A DNA stretch of 64,000 nucleotides from Amphiscolops sp. MND2022 (Eukaryota): assembly GCA_964187785.1 (NCBI GenBank), contig OZ076409.1:52082001-52146000 (forward strand), written 5' to 3'. A model generated the notes under the pieces. The model had not been told where the DNA came from and searched no databases. It saw nothing but the letters and a program-made list of their open reading frames with translations. Of the stretch, positions 47,150-61,228 are shown piece after piece. Positions within the stretch are counted from its first letter, which is position 1, and each line of letters starts with the position of its first letter. Position numbers and translations under genes: made by a program.

Positions 47150-48700
47150 CGTTTCGTAACTTTCTGGTCGTGTTGACAAATTGATTATTTTAGGCCACAA
47201 AACTTTGAACTGGATGACAATTGTAAAGCTTTTGATTGATTTTTTTTTCATTTCCAAAGCCAATAAACTGACAAACTGGTTCCAGTTGTGACCCTCCGTT
47301 TCCGGTTTTGCGAGTTGCGGATGTCAATGGCTCTAGTTAGCGCAACTGTTCCCGCGAGTATTAATTAGAGAATCTTATAGTGAGTTTTCTCCAGATGTCA
47401 TTGAAAGATCTACTTTTTAATGAAATATACAATCTCCCTAATGGATAGCAATTTCGTAATGTAGCAATTCTACAACACATCCAAAGTGACACCCTTTACA
47501 CGATTGTATACTTTTAGACCGAAGCAATATGTCTTTTCCAAATACAGGAGAAAAGGGACATTGTTCGAGGTCATATGAGAGAAAATTTTGGTAACTCGAG
47601 ACAAAAATTTCAACTGAGTACACATAAATCCACTAATTTATTTGATGACAAAAACTTGAAGAAAATCACTTACAGATTCCTAAAACAACGGTTCTTTAAA
47701 ATTAAGTGGAATTGAAAATACGGGAGCCGGAGAACAATTTGATGAGGAAGAAGTGGCTAAAAAAACTCGTTTCGACAACCTGTTGCACTATCAAGATCTA
47801 CCTTTTTAAATGACATAACTTACAGGCAAACAGGAAAAGCAAAAATAATGGCACAAGACAGATGAACAGAAAACCACTTCGCCAGCTTGAAATTACCAAC
47901 AGAGACATTAAAAACAGGTCTCAGCGGCGCTCCTGATTTGTACAGCTTCGAAAAACCGTATTTGTGTGCCAATCTGCAAACATGGGGTCGAATCCGGTAT
48001 ATTAAATGTTGGGGAGCTTTTCTTATTAACTTAAGTTCGTACTCAAGATCGTCCTCTTTCTGGAGGAGCGGATGGTAGATCAAGGACTGTTCGAGAATTA
48101 AATGTGATAGTCCCATCATCGTCTTTCTGCAATCGATAGAAGCAACATTCGAATTCAGACTTGATTCGTCCGACTTAGACTCAAACCACGTCTCTAAACC
48201 AGTTTTTCAGAGAGGTCCAGGGAATAGCACGAAAGATTTGTAATCAAGTCTGAATCTTTGGCGACGCCAAGTTGGTTAAACGTCAGCTATTCGAGCTTCT
48301 TACGGCGAATAGAACGGCTGGTGCTCTCCATTCTCTTACATCGGTCACATCGTAAATGTCAGCGCACGGAAAGTGAGAAAAGGTAGCGAATCTGAGAGTC
48401 GAGAGAACGAGAAAAGAGAACTCCGTTGCCTTTTGAAAAGACGCAACGTTGTCAAAACCAACACCGACTTTGTTGTGAATCCCGCTACGTATGTGTCACA
48501 AGGCGTCATTTGTTTCAGAGAGTCTGAGAACATGTTGCCAAGCGTCCAGATGGTTCGTGATAAGCAATTTATGACCATCTGATGTTTCATTGTGTTGGAC
48601 CAATTTTTAAGAGTCTGAGTTTGACTTGACTGTTTGAGTATGCTAGTTGGATGTGTCTGCGTTTCACCGAAGCATATCACTTAAGACATCAGAAAGGTGA
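47150..48700 (-). pseudogene. Penelope-like retroelement RT relic
   Basis: ORF 47820-48119 contains YGFSKLYKSGAPLRPV...FKLAKWF, a degenerate form of the PLE YGLPKIHK.xxPLRPI..YxLAKxL motif; boundaries approximate. Confidence 0.7.
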
Positions 48701-48832
48701 TCTGAACAAGCAGACGGACTCTGTTCCTCTGTGTGCCTTTTAACTTTGATTTTACTGTTCATCTGGTGTCTGCCATTTGTGTTCTCCTGTTTGGCAGTAA
48801 ATGTCAATTTTCTTTGTTATTTTCCGCCAATA

Positions 48833-51800
48833 TTCCATATGGGAAAGGAAAATATTTGAATCAAACGGTTTGTTTTACAATATTTGCCAAGCACCAAATT
48901 TATATTTAACTTTAAGGAAGTTACCCATAGAATTCAACTCACACAAATTTAGCTTCGTGCGATTTGTATTTGTGGAGATTTCTGGACTTTTTTTAGTTGA
49001 CCCCAAGGACCCCAGAACACCCAAAAATGAGAAAATTTGCAAAAATTTCCAATTTTTGGCAAATTTTCGATAGATGTCGTGGATAAGAATGTTGAGAAGG
49101 TTCAACAAGGCAAGAATTCGTTGTCCACTAGTCGTTTATGAAGAGATAAATGCGGTTTTGTAGGAAAGATAAAGAACCAAAAATGACAAAAAACCAACCA
49201 AAAAATTTCCCGATTTTTAACGTTATGCAATTTTTGTTAAATTTTTGATAGACTTCGTGGATTAGAATGTTGAAAACGCTCAACATGGCACTAATTCGTT
49301 GTCCAGTAGGATTTTCCGATGCGATAATTGCTTGTTTCCCAAATGAAAAAAAAATCTCAAATTGACATCGAAAATGTTAAAAATCTTAAAACTTTCCATA
49401 TTACGCATTTTTCGTCACATTTTTGACACTTAGTAGATTGGAATGTTTTGAAGGGTCACCGAAGAAAGGGTTGGTTGTCCAGTGGGGTTTTCCAAAAAGT
49501 TTACTGCAGTTTTTTTAGTGAAAATGTCTCAAATTGACAACGAAAATGCCAAAAAAACACAAAATTTTCCAATTTTCAAAGTTTTTATGCATTTTTTGTT
49601 AAAGTTTCGACAGACTTCGCGCATTGGAATGTCTTAAGGGGTCAACAAGGAAAAAGTTGGTCGTCCAGAAGTTTTTTGAGAAGAGATAATTGCAATGTTC
49701 TGAATGAAAATGTCTCAAACTGACACCGGAAATGACGAAAATCTCAAAATTTTCGGACTTTCAAAGTGTTTATGCATTTTCCCCTAATTTTCGACAGACT
49801 TCGTCAATTGCAACGCTGGAAATGGTCAACGAGGAAAAAATGTGTTGTCAAGTATGCTTAGAAAAAAGATAAATGCAGTTTTTCGAACGAAAATGGTTCG
49901 GAATTGACATCCAAAGACAAAATTTCGAAAAAAATCCGAATTTCAATATTTTTGTTGAATTTTTGTCAAATATCGACAAACTTGGTGGTTTAGAATGTTC
50001 AAACGCCTAAAAAATGGGCAACATTGTTGTTTCGGTGAGCTTTCGTCACGAGATTAAATCAATTTGTAAACGAAAAAAGCCTCAAACTGAACCTGAATTG
50101 TCGAAAAATTTGAAGTTTTTGTCGTTTTTCATGCAATTTCTGTAAGTTCCAACACAGTCAACTCACCAACGAAAGAACGAGCGATGCATCACATTTTTGG
50201 AGGAGAACGTCGCAGCGTTTTGCTTCAAAAACACTTCAGAATGACTAAAGTAGTCGAAAACTTTCAACAACGTTGTTTTTGTGCAACTTGTGTACTTTTT
50301 GTTTTCGAAACGTTTGGAGTCAGAATGTTGGCAAACGTTCAACAAAGACTGAACTCATAATCTAGTAGGCTTTTGAAGGAATATTTGCAAACTTCGGTAG
50401 GAAAATGGCTCGATATTCACCGCAAAATATTGAATTTTTTCGATAACTGACATTTTCAGTGAATTTTTGAGATTGGAAAACTTCGGTAAAACAAAAGCTT
50501 CGAAAAGCTCCAGACAAAACAACTAGGCCCGAAGCACGTTTTTTCAAAAATATTTGCCTAATTTATCGTCTAAACTTTCCTCCGAATTTCAACATTTTTA
50601 TACATTACATTTTCTTCAAATTTTTAGGCCTTTTAATGGACAATTTTGAGCTTCTTCCTTGCATAAGATGATTTCAAAAACACAACAACAACTAATCCGG
50701 GTATCTCCAGTCGGCAATTTTGAAGAGATAACTGCAATTTTTTGTCGGAATTGGCATCAAAAACACACAAGAATCCATGAAACAACAAAAATACACGTTG
50801 TTTGAAAAACTAATACCAGTTTTGTTCAAACCAGTTTTCATTTGTGATTGGAAAATGTCGGTAAGAGAAAATTTTCAATTAGCTCCAGATGAAAAAACTA
50901 GGTCCAGGTTTTTATAGCAAAATTTGCATATTTTATGGAATAATGTTTCCTCAGGATGACCCAAAAAATACAAAAACCGAGTTTTTTTGCATTTTAAGGC
51001 GGTTTTTTGTACAGTTTTCGAGCTACTTCCTCATATAAAATGGTTTTGAAAAAACTCAACAGACTTATCCTGGTAATAAGTAGGTGATTTAGAAGATATA
51101 ACTGCAATTTTTGTTGGAATTGGCCTCAAAAAAACACAAAAAATCCATGAAACAACAAAAAAGCACGTTGTTTGACAAACGAATACCAATTTTGTTCAAA
51201 CCACAAAAGATTTTGAATAATAGAAATTCCAATGACCTGAGCGTTGAAACAATAAGGTATTCAAAACGCAATTGCGAAAAAGTGGGATGAAGTTCATCGA
51301 GTTTACAACAAAGGTGTCAAAGTTTCAGAAATTTATTTTCGAAAACAGTCTAAATTTTGGACCATTCATTTCAATCAGAAATACCATAGGCTCAGGATTG
51401 AAACGTTCAGCTACCGGTAGTGTTTCGAAAAGATCTCAGACAATTTATTTACACAACTTTCGAAGACTTTACATGTGAAAACGTAAATTTCGACCTCATT
51501 CGTCCAATATTTAATATTCAAAAACCTCCAAGCAAAATCACTAGATATGGAGCACACCTTCCAAAGGAAAATGTGTCGAGCTACTTCGTGCGTTAGAATG
51601 GTGTAAACTTTCAATAACAGTTAAACTTGGTGTCCAGTAGGCTTATTTTTGAAGAGACCATCTGTAGATTCATGTAAGAAAAGTTCTTCAAATTGACACC
51701 AAAGTTGCCAAAACTATTTCCAATTTTTGACACTTCTGGTGAAACTAAGTGCAATACTATAAGAAGCCGGGATCGCTCAACGTTCCTAAATTCGCAAGGG

Positions 51801-52420
51801 ACCTAGTTTCAAGCTTTTACCAATTTCTCAGTTCCAAAAATTCAAGAAATACGCCTGAGACTACGAAACCACTGTTTCCCCAACAGGAATCACAAAAAAT
51901 CCAATTTTCTGATTTTTCCGGTAAGGTTCTATGATGGCGAAACAAGTTTCAGCTCGCAAAACTATTTTTCTGAAGCCAAAATCAGCTATGAAAACAAGTG
52001 GGTACTCTTTGACCAAATGAAAGTTTCGCAAGGACGCACAGAGCCGAAAAAACTGAAATGAGGTAATTTCCACAATCAATAAGAAACCTCGTCAGTTCCA
52101 TATGATCAAAAGTAACAAAGAAGTCACCCTCAAGACTCGGGAAAATTCCATTTACAGAAAACCTCAAAAACTAAAATTGCGAAAAATGTTTTTCGATTTT
52201 TTTTCAAAAAATGAGTCGAAAAAACGAAAAGGGGCCAGCTTTCGCAGAAATAATAAATTAGCTGTTTCCTTTAAAATGGGCTAAGATGAATCAAAGCTTT
52301 CTTCTCTTCGAACTTCTTTCCGTTTTTATAGTGCATTGGCTATTCTTGAGTCTCAAATTTATGTAGTTGTAGAACAGTTTGGGGCGGAAAACATCTCGCT
52401 GCTCAACGGGCGTCTTGTTT
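48833..52420 (+). repeat. About 3.6-kb dispersed repeat, copy A, with internal degenerate tandem repeats of about 180 bp
   Basis: Collinear with 54728-57480 from CCATATGGGAAAGGAAAA to TCGCTGCTCAACGGGCGTCTT; tandem units containing TTTCGATAGACTTCGTGGATTAGAATGTT at 49.07-50.0 kb. Confidence 0.85.
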
Positions 52421-53900
52421 TAGATCTTGTCAGTAAAAGATCGACGAAACGTCGAAATGAGTTTCATTGAACCACTTCTTTTTGATGAAATTGAGAATTA
52501 GGTCAGCTCATCAATTCAGAAAACTATTCAATTTGTCGAGAAAGTTGAATCATTGCAATAAACGTGATCGGGAACATGTATTCTATTGTTGTGGTTCTTT
52601 CAAGCAGACAATGGAAACCTTCAGATGCCATGAAACGTGAATTAATAGTCCCATTTCAAATTTCCTTTGGAATCGCCGATCAAATATGATTGTCACCTTA
52701 CGTTGTGGAAACTTTTGAGAGACATTCTTCGGAAAAATATGTTTCCGACGGCCGTCGATGAACAAGTACGAATAAAAAGGTTATCTAACACATAGGACAA
52801 TTTGCACGCCATCAATGTTTTTCTTTTCAGTTAAGGCTTCCAAAAGATAACAAATCCAGCTCTAGGTCTTCTGATGATCCCACTTCTTGGACAGTTGGAT
52901 CGTTTTATACGTATATCGTCTGTTTAGGATGGAAACGTATCTGATGGTATCGACCAAGTCCCACAAAAAACGCTGAAAGTTGTAGCGTCAGAAATGGTTG
53001 CTTAGTAGCGATAAAAAGATTTTTTATGAAGACTCTGCATAATTTGGAACAGCAACCGAATTTTGCAACACGTCGACATGGTTTGCAGAGTTGAGAACAC
53101 AGCGTTTTGTCTAAGTTTATCAATCTCGATGGTAACCTGCAAGGATAGACTCAACAACTTACATGGATGCATGAGCTCACCTCGAGAGGTTCCTTTCGAG
53201 GACAAGTGCTTTGTAGAAAACGTAAAAGATCCTCATCAAGGACGTAAGAGATTTGAGCTAATTCAAACTATAAAAGATCCTCATCAAGGACGTAAGAGGT
53301 TTGAACTAATTCAAACTAAGTATTTAGTGAAACATTACTGAAACAAAACTTCAGTATTTTGACGCATGTGGAAGAACAATGGTTGGACTTTTTATTCAAA
53401 TCAGAAGCTTTAATAACCTTTCCATACAGGACTAAACCTGCTCATCAATCCAAGAAGAGTCTGATACTTCGAGCTTCAGATATTCTTGAGAAAGTTTGAT
53501 TTTTGAGAGGTTTGCAAACTTTTCCACCAAGCATTCAAGCACTTGCTCCATCACCAGTTTTCCATACTGAGCATGCTAGTAGATCCCTACTAGACTACTT
53601 AGAGTCGTCTGCCAAAAATATTCAAGTCATTAGCTCAGCTAAGATGGCAGTTTCTCAAACTTTCGTGAAACTCAGGAAGTTAGTCAATTTTTTTCATCAG
53701 CTTTGCAGCAACCTTTTATACCACAATATCAAGTTCAAGTAGTCACAGGAATACCTGGGCACGTATTGGTAAAGCTAAGTAACGAAAGCGACTTTCAATT
53801 TTATTAGCACCATTTTGGAAACAATTGCCGCTTTTTCGCTTTCACAAATCGAAAATTCACAAACCAGCCATAATTTTTACCTTTCTACCTTTTCTACCTC
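52420..53900 (-). pseudogene. Possible Ty3/Gypsy pol relic
   Basis: GRYHQIRFHP (RT motif-like) at about 52925-52960 and GLVLYGRL at about 53415-53440; heavily decayed and apparently rearranged. Confidence 0.4.
53223..53318 (+). repeat. 48-bp tandem duplication
   Basis: TAAAAGATCCTCATCAAGGACGTAAGAG.TTTGA.CTAATTCAAACTA x2 with 2 mismatches. Confidence 0.92.
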
Positions 53901-54160
53901 AGAACCCCGGATCGTTATCGACAAAGAGAAGCAAAATATGTAAACATGCGTTCTAGAAACTAAGTAATACTTCATATCATGCCTTTACTGAAACTTAGCT
54001 TAAACTTACGTATCACGTCTTTCTTAAGACTCAGGTGGCTCTGGTTTCTAGTCTCTCTCTGGATTAATTCTTATTTGAAACCTCTGAACTGTTTGGTCAT
54101 TGATGAACTATAAGACTTTTCGATCAGAGTACTTTAAGCTTCAAATCCTAGAGTGAATCA

Positions 54161-54580
54161 TTAGTCGGCGCTTCATGAAGAGAAACGCGACTATTATAGT
54201 GACTCACTGACCAAAATAGTTCTTTCAAGTTCTACGGAATTTTATGGTCCCAAATTGAATCATTTGGTCTGGCGAACTGAACCAAAAAAGCTTTTTCTCT
54301 TTTTCCGCGTAACATACAATACCAGGAGAGACTAAAGGGCCCCCCTTTCAGTTTTTTTCGGCATTGTGAGACTTTTTCGCAAAAAAAATCGTCAAAGGGC
54401 CCCTCCAATTTTTTGACGTTTTGCAACGATGGATGTTAAAAATGCGAAAGGGCCCCGTTTTAACGCGCCGGTTCAACGTTAAGGTTTTTCGGGTACTGTA
54501 AAAGAATACTTGACACTAAGTCCTATTGCTATTTTTCAGCCTTAGATATGGCGCCGACTTATGCCGTTTCCGGCTTGTTT
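54161..54580 (+). mobile_element. HINE family A copy
   Basis: Same termini; an extra opposite-orientation terminus lies at 54634-54662. Confidence 0.83.
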
Positions 54581-54727
54581 TTAATCAATGAGGACTGAAA
54601 GCAAGAAAATAGGCCTCGTGTATAATTTAGCTGAACAAGCCGGGACCGGCCCAAGTCGGCACCCCACTCGTTACAAAAATCAAGTTTCTTAAACATGCAA
54701 AAGACACTATTGTAAAAATATTCCCAT

Positions 54728-57480
54728 CCATATGGGAAAGGAAAATTTTTATATCAAACGGGTTATTTTTTTAAAATTTGCCAAGCACCAAATTTATATT
54801 TAACTTTAAAGGTGTTACCCATAGAATTCAACTCACATAAATTCAGCTTCGTGCGATATGTATTTGTGGAGATTTCTGGACTTTTTTAGTTGACCCCAAG
54901 GACCCCAGAATGACCCCAAAATGAGAAAATTACCAATTTTGTCAAATGTTCGATAGATATCGTGAAATGAAAAAAAATCAAGTTGTCACCAAAAATTGAC
55001 AAAAACCCAAAATTTTCCAATTTTTAACTTTGTTATTTTTGTCAAATTTTCGATAGAATTTATGCATTAGAATGTTGAAATCGCTCAACATGGCACGAAT
55101 TCATTGCCCAGTAGGCTTTTCCGAAGAGAGATAATTGCTGTTTTCTAATTGAAAAATCTCAAAACTGACACAAAAACCCTGAATTTTCCATTTTTCAAAG
55201 GTTTATGCATGTTTTCAAAACTTTCGACAGACTTCGGAGATTGAAAAGTTGGAGAGGGTCAACAAGGAAATATGGTGTCCAGTATGCTTAGTAAAGATAC
55301 AAAATTCAGTTTTTCAAATGAAAATGTCTGGAATTGACATCGAAAAAGACAAAAATTTTCCGATTTTCACAAATTTGGTTCGAATTCTGTCAAACTATCG
55401 ATAGACTTCGTGGACTAGAATTTTAAAACCCCTAAACAATGGGAAATTTGTTGTTTCGGTGACCTTTCGTCAAGAGATTAGTTCAAGTTGTAAACGAAAA
55501 ATGCCTCAAATTGAACCTGAGTATTCGAAAAATTTGAAATTTTATCGTTTTTTATGCAATTTATGTACAACACAAGTTCCAACACAATCAACTCACTAAC
55601 GAAAGAACGAGCTATGCATTATACTTTTTGAAAAGAACATTGCAGCGTTCTGCTTCAGAAACACTTCAGAATGACTCCAAATAAGTCGAAAATTTTCAAC
55701 ATTTTCGTTTTTATGCAACTTATGTCTACATTTTGAATGGTTTTGGAGTCCGAATGTTCGCAAACGTCCAACAAAGATTGAACTCATAATCCAGTCAGCT
55801 TTCGAAGAAATATTTGCAGAGTTCGGTTGGAAAATGGTCAAAATTGACCGCAAAAAGTCGACGTTTTTTCGATTTCTGACAGTTTCAGTGAACTTTCATT
55901 TGTGATTGGAAAATTTCGGTAAGATAAAATTTTCAAATAGCTCCAGATGACAAAACTAGGTCCAGGTTTATAGAGCGAAATTTGCAAATTTTATGGAATA
56001 AAGTTTCATCAGAATGACCCAAAAATGCAAAAACCGAGTTTTTTTTCATTTTAAGGCAGTTTTTTGTACAATTTTCGAGCTACTTCCTTATTTAAAATGG
56101 TTTTGAAAAAACTCAACAATGACTTATCCTGGTAAAAAGTAGGTGATTTTGAAGATATAACTGCATTTTTTGTTGGAATTGGCCTCAAAACCATACAAAA
56201 ATCCATGAAACAACAAAAATGCACGTTGTTTGAAAAACAAATACCAGTTTTGTTCAAACCACGAAAGATTTTGAATAATAGAACTTCCAATGACCTGAGC
56301 GTTGAAACAATAAGGGATTCAAAACGCAATTGGAGAAAAAGTGGGATGAAGTTCATCAAGTTTACAACAAAGGTGTCAAAGTTTCCGAAATTTATTTTCG
56401 AAAACAGTCTAAAGTTTGGACCATTCATTTCAATCAGAAATACCATAGGCTCAGGATTGAAACGTTTAGCTACCGATAGTGTTTCGAAAAGATATAGACA
56501 AGTTTATTTACACAACTTTCAAAAACTTTACATGTGAAAACGTAAATTTCGACCTGAATTGTCCAATATTTAATATTCAAAAACCTCCAAGCAAAATCAC
56601 TAGACATGGAGTACACCTTCCAAAGGAAAATGTTTCGAGCTACTTCGTGTGTTAGAAAGGTGTACACATTCAATACCAGTTAAACTTGGTGTCCAGTAGG
56701 CTTCCTCAATTTGACCCCCAAGTTTTCGAAAATAGTTCCAATTTTGACACTTCTGGTGGAACTATGTGCAATAGATAACAAACCAGGGACCGCTCAAGTT
56801 TCTTAAACTTGCAAAAGACTTAGTTTCAAGCATATACCATTTTCTCAGTGCCAAAAAATTACCCCAAGAAAAACGCCCGAGTTTAGGAAACCACTCTTTC
56901 CCCAACAGGAATCACAAAAAACTCATTTTTTCAATTTTTTTTTCGGTAAAGTCTTATGACGACGAAACAAGTTTCAGCTCACAAAACTAGTTTTCACAAG
57001 CCGAAATCAGCTATGAAACCAAGGGGGTACCCTTCGACCAAATGAAACATTCGGAAAGATGCTCAGAGCCGAAAAAACTGAAATGAGGTACTTTAACAAT
57101 CAATAAGAAAACTCATCAGTTCCACGTGAACAAAAGTAATAAAGAGGTCTTCCTCAAGACTCGGGAAACTTATTTCCTTTACAGAAAACCTCAAAAACTA
57201 AAAATTACGAAAAATGTTAGGAAAAATTTCGAAAAAAATTCTCTTTACTCGGTAAGTCCCACAGTGCCGAAAAATCGAAAACTGGCTATCGCAAAAAACA
57301 GCTATCGCAGAAATAATAAATTAGCTGTTTCCTTTAAAAATGAGCTAAGATGAATCAAAGCTTTTCTTTCCTTCGAACTTCTTAGCGTTTTTATAGTGCA
57401 TTGGCTATTCTTGAGCCTCAAACTTTCATAGCTGTAGAAGAGTTTAGGCAGAAAATATATCGCTGCTCAACGGGCGTCTT
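54728..57480 (+). repeat. About 2.75-kb dispersed repeat, copy B
   Basis: Direct, moderately diverged copy of 48833-52420 with fewer internal units; paired spurious ORFs (e.g. 51411-51614 vs 56470-56673) show the homology. Confidence 0.85.
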
Positions 57481-59584
57481 ATCAACTTTACAGTGCTGAA
57501 AAATACCACAAGGGATACGCATAAGTCTCGAAAACCATTTTTCCCAACTGGAAACAAGAAAAAATTCGAAATTTTCGCAAAAATCTCTTGATGCCGAAAA
57601 CGAAGCTTTAAGAGGACACTACTGAGAAAACTTTTATCAAATTCACGGTACCAAAAATATACCGAAGGGTATATACCCATAAGACTCGAAAACTGCGTTT
57701 TCGTAAGTAGAAACATCAAAAAACAATTTTTGAATTTTTTTTAAATTTCAAATATTTTTCTGAAAGTCTCAGTGCCGAAAAAAGACCCCTCAAAAGTGCA
57801 AATTGTTTTAAGCCGATTACCTGAATGAAAGTGGAGGGGTCACAGTTTGACCAAACGATTTTTTCCTAAGAAAAGACGCACAGTGCCGAAAAAACCGTAG
57901 GTCTTTTCCACAATTATCGAGAAAACTCTCATTAGTTCCACAGGACCAAGAAAAAAAGAATCAACGAGGTCACCCTTAGGACGCGGAAAAAGTTTTTCAT
58001 TACAGGAAAAAAATTTTAAAATTGTGTAGAAAAAATATCATAAATTTTCTAATGCATTTGAATGCAGGCGAAGCCCTCCGAGAATGAATAATTAACAATC
58101 ATTCGCTTCATCTCAATGACGTCAGCGTATGGCAACATTTCAACAACGTAATAGGAATGTGGCAACATACCTTGGCAAATTCTGCAATCGTCAAAGATTG
58201 GTACCTTTAATTCCAATTTTCACGCAACACCGCATAGCAGACTTGAAAGAAATCCATGTTAAAATTCTAATTACGAGATGTCAACCCCGATGAAGGACTT
58301 GAATGTTTTACGGGGGAGCTTTTACACAAATTGAGAGGCTGGGAGACAGGTTGGGAGACAGTAAATGGCAACTTCTTGGGATGAAGTACTAATGCTCGAG
58401 TGTAAGGTACAATCAAATTTGACGTGCTAAAATTAAGAAAAAAAAGAGGGAATCTGATGAAAAAGTGAGGAAAGAGGGGAAAAGGAGTGTTTAGCTGGAG
58501 AAGAAAGAAAAAATATTGGAGAAGATTGGACTGCTTTTCAATCTGGGGCGTCCTAAAAATGTCTGCTCGTCATTCTTTGATTAAGTCAGTGACAGGCGCG
58601 GGCAAGGAAGAGAAGCGGGGAGAAGAGCGAAGCAGAAAAGAAGCAACCGTAGCAGAAGAGATACGGAAAGAACAGCCGGGGGCGACAGGCCAAGTAATTC
58701 TGTTATAATAGCTCTACAAGTGCAGTTGTGACCGGTGCTAATGGTTAGGGCTACACATTGATTATGGAATACATTTGCGAGAGGCATACGGGGAATTATT
58801 CATCATCACAGTTTACACTTCAGGCTGCTTGCTTCACTTCAGGTCTCGGCGCGGGGGAGGGGCGTTTTAAAGATAAGGGGGTAATGATTATTCGGTATGA
58901 TTGAGTATTGTTTGAAAAATCATCAAAGGCTGTGCTAGGGGAGGGGGATTCTGGGCAATTGCAGGCTTAGAAATGTCGGCAGAATTCGAGAAGTTTATTC
59001 ACGTGTCTTGACGTCTGAGAGGGATGAAAAAGAGGGATAAGTAAGATTTGCAGGGATTTGTATCAAGCTTGTAGTAATGATTCCCTGTCTACAGCATCTT
59101 TCCCCGCGTATTTTATACTCGCATTTCGTCCGTCCCTTTTTGTAGCAACAACGGTGGTTAGTTGGGACGGAGGAAATTAATGAAGATGATTGTGGGACGA
59201 CCCGTGCAGCGAGAAAACACATTTCTCTTATCCCTAGTGGCGATAAAATTCATACAGAATTTTAGGCTATAAAAGACAAAAGCATCGCTGCTCACATAAG
59301 GCCCAAAAATTTCAATGCAAGTCATTTTTAATCCCCGAGATTCAAGGTATCATACTAATGTCACAGCCGTCTCTCTACACGTGCACGTGTGATGAACCAT
59401 TTTGTCACAACGGCTTCCGAAAAGACGATTTTTTTATGAGTAAATGGCCTCAACTTTAATACAAACGTATGCCCAAAATTTTATGCTTGATTCATAAACT
59501 GGAAAACATGTGCAAAATTTATTCCAACTTCTTTCGAGAAACATTCCGAAGGCCTTCGAAGTCATATACTTCTTGTGAGTCAAG

Positions 59585-60070
59585 TTTTTTTTAGTCGGCG
59601 CTTTTATATAATAAAAGAGCCCGACTACAGTCACTCGTTTTTTAGTCGGCGCTTTTCGTAGAAAACGCAGACTATAGCAGTGACATTTTTAAGACCAACG
59701 AACTGACAGATTTTATAAGCTGACTTGCACTAACACTAAACTGTGCCACACTACTTCTACCGGCACTTGGCATAGAGGTTATGGCTTTCTTGAGGTCTGC
59801 CAAGCAGAAGGACGTGGGTTCGAGTCCCGCCCTTGACCAAAAATTTTTTGTGCAGGTTTTTTTGGCTTTGTGAGACTTTTTTCGCAAATTTTTCTTAATG
59901 TCTCCAAAGGGTCCCCCTTCATTTTTTTCTATTTTGCAAAACGATGGAATTTTTTTTTTCTATTTTTTCCTCACGCGGGTACTGAAGAAGAGAATACTTG
60001 ACACTTTGAAGTCCTTTTGCTATTTTTGAGCCTTAGATATGGCGCCCACTTGGGCCGTTCCCGGCTTGTT
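59585..60070 (+). mobile_element. HINE family A copy with duplicated 5' end and tRNA-like insert
   Basis: TTAGTCGGCGCTTTT twice (59591, 59642); GTGGGTTCGAGTCCCGCCCTTGACCA at 59814-59839; canonical 3' end. Confidence 0.83.
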
Positions 60071-60415
60071 TTTCTTAAAGACATTCTCGAATGCGACGAA
60101 ATATTTGTTCAGTTTGTTCAACTAAACAAATTTGATATTTTGCAATGAATTGGATGTTAAAAAAAGCCCAAAGGGCCCTCCTTTTTACATTTTCGGCACT
60201 GTGAGACAGTTTCGAAATTCTCATTTTCGTCTGAAATCAGGTTTTTTCAATATATATCCACCATTAACTTTTTCCAACACTATTCGAATTTTTGCGTCAT
60301 ATCCGAACTATATTGCGTTTTACTAAAGCGGAGAAAAATGAGGCGGAGGTTCGAAAACATGCAAACCCATTAGTCCCAGCGTGAAACCTTTGGGTGTTTC
60401 GACACTTTCATGTGC

Positions 60416-60924
60416 TTTTAGTCGGCGCTTCATCAAGTGAAACGCGACTATTATAGTGACTCTTTTTTAGTCGGCGCCTCATGAAGTGAAGCGCGACTAT
60501 TATAGTGACTTTTTTTTCAATCCGCACGAACTGACCAAAATAGTTCTACAAAAGTTCTAAATTTTGTAGTCCCAAATTGAATCATTTGGCGTAGCGAACT
60601 GAACCAAAAAGGTTTTTCCTCTTTTTCCGCGTAACATACAATACCGGGAGAGACTAAAGGGTCTCCCCTTTCAGTTTTTTCGGCATTGTGAGACTTTTTT
60701 CGGAATTTTTTTTCACCAAAGGGTCCTCCCTTCAATTTTTTGATATTTTGCAACAATGGATGTTAAAAAATGCGAAAGGGTGCGCCAGTTCGGTCGTTTG
60801 GATTTTTCATGAGTTAGGTACTCATTTTGTGAGTTTGATACTTTGAGTTTTTTGACATTTTCATGTCCTTTTGCTATTTTTGAGCCTTAGATATGGCGCC
60901 GACTTATGCCGTTCCCGGCTTGTT
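60416..60924 (+). mobile_element. HINE family A copy with duplicated 5' end
   Basis: TTAGTCGGCGC..GCGACTATTATAGTGACT twice; 3' GGCGCCGACTTATGCCGTTCCCGGCTTGTT. Confidence 0.83.
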
Positions 60925-60931
60925 CATTTAA

Positions 60932-61228
60932 ACACAGAGGCGAAGCGGTGCTTCGCAACACATGACGAAGACATCGATTATTTTAATATGCGTATATATA
61001 TATAGTATTTTAATCGCATGCGTATATATTCAACAGTTCAACTTTGTTCAATAACGTCCCTATGGCACAGTGGTCAACACTTATGCCGTGCAATCGGGAG
61101 GCTGCAGGTTCGAATCTCTCTGGGGTTTTGTTTGGCTTTATTCTAAAAAGCGCTCATTATGAAGTTGACTATAGTGGAAAAAAACTTTCTTAGCTGGACT
61201 GCAATGCACATTGACTTCGTCATGTGCA
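60932..61228. mobile_element. HINE-like family B, second copy
   Basis: Close match to 14857-15148 over its full length; abuts the 3' end of a family A element. Confidence 0.8.

Noticed and set aside
48650..48695. Hammerhead ribozyme near the Penelope relic (minus CTGATGT..GAAAC)
   Set aside because: The core deviates from CTGANGA and the flanking stems could not be formed.
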